Below, piece after piece: positions 62,167 through 64,000 of a stretch of 64,000 bases of DNA. Below the pieces are notes generated by a model that saw nothing but the letters and a program-made list of their open reading frames with translations, was not told the DNA's origin and ran no database searches. The DNA is taken from positions 2,496,001 to 2,560,000 of the forward strand of contig OY762069.1 in the NCBI GenBank assembly GCA_963665095.1, in the 5' to 3' direction. Origin of the DNA: an uncultured Desulfobacter sp. Lineage in GTDB: Bacteria; Desulfobacterota; Desulfobacteria; Desulfobacterales; Desulfobacteraceae. Positions within the stretch are counted from its first letter, which is position 1, and every line of letters begins with the position of its first letter. The translations under genes were made by a program, and so were the position numbers.

Positions 62167-63930
62167 ATGAAGGTCCTGTTTATCAATCCAGCCTGCCTGG
62201 ATGCCAGAATCACCGACGATGATGCCCTTCAGGTTCCCATCGGGCTTTACTATCTTTGTACCCGGCTCCTGGACCAGGGGTTTGCCTCAGGCATTTTGAA
62301 TCTGGCCCCGGCAGGATTAAATTCCCCTGAAGCCCCAGGCAAAGGAGACCAGGGTGCTCTTGAGTTATTCACCCGGGCCATTGCCCAGGAAGAACCGGAC
62401 ATCATTGGATTTTCCGTAACCAACCCCAGCCGGATCAATGCCATGGCCTGTGCAGTCAAGGCCCGTGAGATGCTGCCCGATGCCCTGATTGTCTTTGGCG
62501 GCCCCTGTCCGACCTTCATGGCAGACCATCTGTTTGGGGCCTGCCCTGCCCTGGATGTCATTGTCAAAGGCGAAGGGGAAATCGCAACAACAGCCCTTAC
62601 GGCAAGTGTACAGGCCCTGAAACTTAAAAAAAATAAACGCCATTGCAACCGGGGGCTGGCTGTAGCGCTTACCCGATCCCTTGAACAAATCCCCGGACTT
62701 GTTTTCCAGATGGATGGAACGCTTTGCGACACCGGTCCTGGCAAACTGGTGCAGGATCTTGACACCCTTGTCCACCCCTCCCGGTATTTTGCCTTTCAGC
62801 ATCTGTCCATGTCCAGGGGGTGTCCAGGAAAATGCACCTTTTGCGGATCCCCCAGATTCTGGGGCACATCCCAAGTCCGCCGCCATTCGCCAGAATGGTT
62901 CTTTGATGAAATAAAGGCGCTGGTCCAAAAAGGCGTACGCCACTTTTTCATCAGTGACGACACCTTTACCATGGACAGTGAGGCGGTGTGTGACCTGTGC
63001 CAAAGAATCATCCGGGCAAAGCTTGATATCACCTGGAACGCCATCTCCCGGGTGGATTACCTAGAGGAGAAGATCCTTGGACTGATGCGAAAGGCAGGCT
63101 GCATCCAGATCAGTTTCGGGGTGGAATCAGGGGCTGAGCCCATCAAAAAGGTGCTGGGCAAACCCATTGACAACACGGTTTGTGCCCAAGCCTTTGATAA
63201 GGTAAAAAAATTCGGCATTCTTCCCCGGGCCTATTTTATTTACGGCTCCCCCGGTGAAACCGATGCCACCATCCAGGACAGCATTGACCTGATGCTGCGG
63301 TTAGGGCCTTTGAGCACGGTTTTTTACATGCTGACCACCTTCCCGGGAACAGGGCTCTACACCCGGGCATTAAACAGGGGATGGACTGATGACACCGTCT
63401 GGCACCGGGAAATTGAAGATCTGCCCTGGTGCACCCTGGACCCGCAGTTAAATTTTGCCCGGGTGAAAAAATGGGGAGAGCTTCTCAGACAGGCTTTTTT
63501 CACCAACATAGACACCTTTGCTGACCAGATAGACCTTCATCCGGACAAAGATCTTGCCCCTTTCCATGCCGACTTTTTATCAAGACTTGCCATGACCTTT
63601 TCCCACGGGGAATATGCCAGGGACGAACGGATCAGGAACTCGGAACAGATGGCGGTAAATCTATTTGAAAAGGCCTTAAAATTTTCGCCCTGTGCCAGGG
63701 CCTTCCAGGGTTTGGCCATGATCCGCCAGAAGCACAGGGATTTTTCCGGCGCCCTGACTCTACTTGAAGCAGGTCTGACCCACTTTCCCGACAACAAGGA
63801 CCTGTGTGTATGCAAGGGAGTCTGCCTGATGAACACGGGCAATTTTCACGCCGCTTCGACCTGCTTCGCCCCCTTTGCCAATGATCCGTCCCTGGCACAC
63901 TACATCACCATATGCCAACAGCAAAAATAA
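62167..63930 (+). CDS. B12-binding radical SAM protein with C-terminal TPR
   Basis: FGGPCPT/GEGE B12-binding region, RGCPGKCTFC (CxxxCxxC), TPR-like tail. Confidence 0.9.
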   Translation: MKVLFINPACLDARITDDDALQVPIGLYYLCTRLLDQGFASGILNLAPAGLNSPEAPGKGDQGALELFTRAIAQEEPDIIGFSVTNPSRINAMACAVKAREMLPDALIVFGGPCPTFMADHLFGACPALDVIVKGEGEIATTALTASVQALKLKKNKRHCNRGLAVALTRSLEQIPGLVFQMDGTLCDTGPGKLVQDLDTLVHPSRYFAFQHLSMSRGCPGKCTFCGSPRFWGTSQVRRHSPEWFFDEIKALVQKGVRHFFISDDTFTMDSEAVCDLCQRIIRAKLDITWNAISRVDYLEEKILGLMRKAGCIQISFGVESGAEPIKKVLGKPIDNTVCAQAFDKVKKFGILPRAYFIYGSPGETDATIQDSIDLMLRLGPLSTVFYMLTTFPGTGLYTRALNRGWTDDTVWHREIEDLPWCTLDPQLNFARVKKWGELLRQAFFTNIDTFADQIDLHPDKDLAPFHADFLSRLAMTFSHGEYARDERIRNSEQMAVNLFEKALKFSPCARAFQGLAMIRQKHRDFSGALTLLEAGLTHFPDNKDLCVCKGVCLMNTGNFHAASTCFAPFANDPSLAHYITICQQQK

Positions 63931-63991
63931 ATGGGATCAGAGTAAAATTACATTGCGCGCAATTTAATTTTACTCTGACCCCATTTATTTT
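63924..63991. repeat. 68-bp near-perfect palindrome (REP/MITE-like)
   Basis: AAAATAAATGGGATCAGAGTAAAATTACATTGCG|CGCAATTTAATTTTACTCTGACCCCATTTATTTT, 2 mismatches. Confidence 0.85.
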
Positions 63992-64000
63992 AACTAATAC

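Overview
This 64-kb window looks like chromosome from a Desulfobacteraceae-like deltaproteobacterium; that placement is an inference from protein style and repeat types. Positions 0.5-5.4 kb are a decayed mobile region: an integrase pseudogene, a mobile-mystery-A fragment, broken esterase and methyltransferase genes, an intact cold-shock gene and an IS66 remnant. Positions 5.7-12.3 kb hold a Ugp-type ABC transporter with a HAD hydrolase and an atypical DRE-TIM (homocitrate-synthase-like) enzyme. Positions 12.3-23.6 kb are a partly pseudogenised acyl-CoA/branched-chain catabolic island with a tandem-TetR regulator, cut by a second IS66 copy. Positions 23.7-31.4 kb hold DeoR, a MITE, a beta-barrel plus WD40-CsgG pair, a saccharopine-dehydrogenase-like/FGGY kinase pair and an orphan MttB-family methyltransferase. 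Positions 31.6-46.4 kb are a sigma54-linked sensory cluster with two sCache kinases, an NtrC-like activator, two MCPs sharing a 1.4-kb near-identical block, CheW and two pseudo-receiver-like paralogs. This cluster also has an intact-ORF CheA derivative with no Hpt domain and no N/G1/G2 ATP-binding boxes, which is the best candidate for an undescribed, phosphorylation-independent chemosensory module. Positions 48-57.4 kb are a sigma54 regulon for a TRAP transporter, a GcvT-family flavin dehydrogenase and ETF. The window ends with a PPTase, an MCP, rdgB, a nitroreductase, a B12 radical SAM-TPR gene and a 68-bp palindrome. No rRNA, tRNA or CRISPR array was seen. All family calls are by-eye motif recognition, not database searches.
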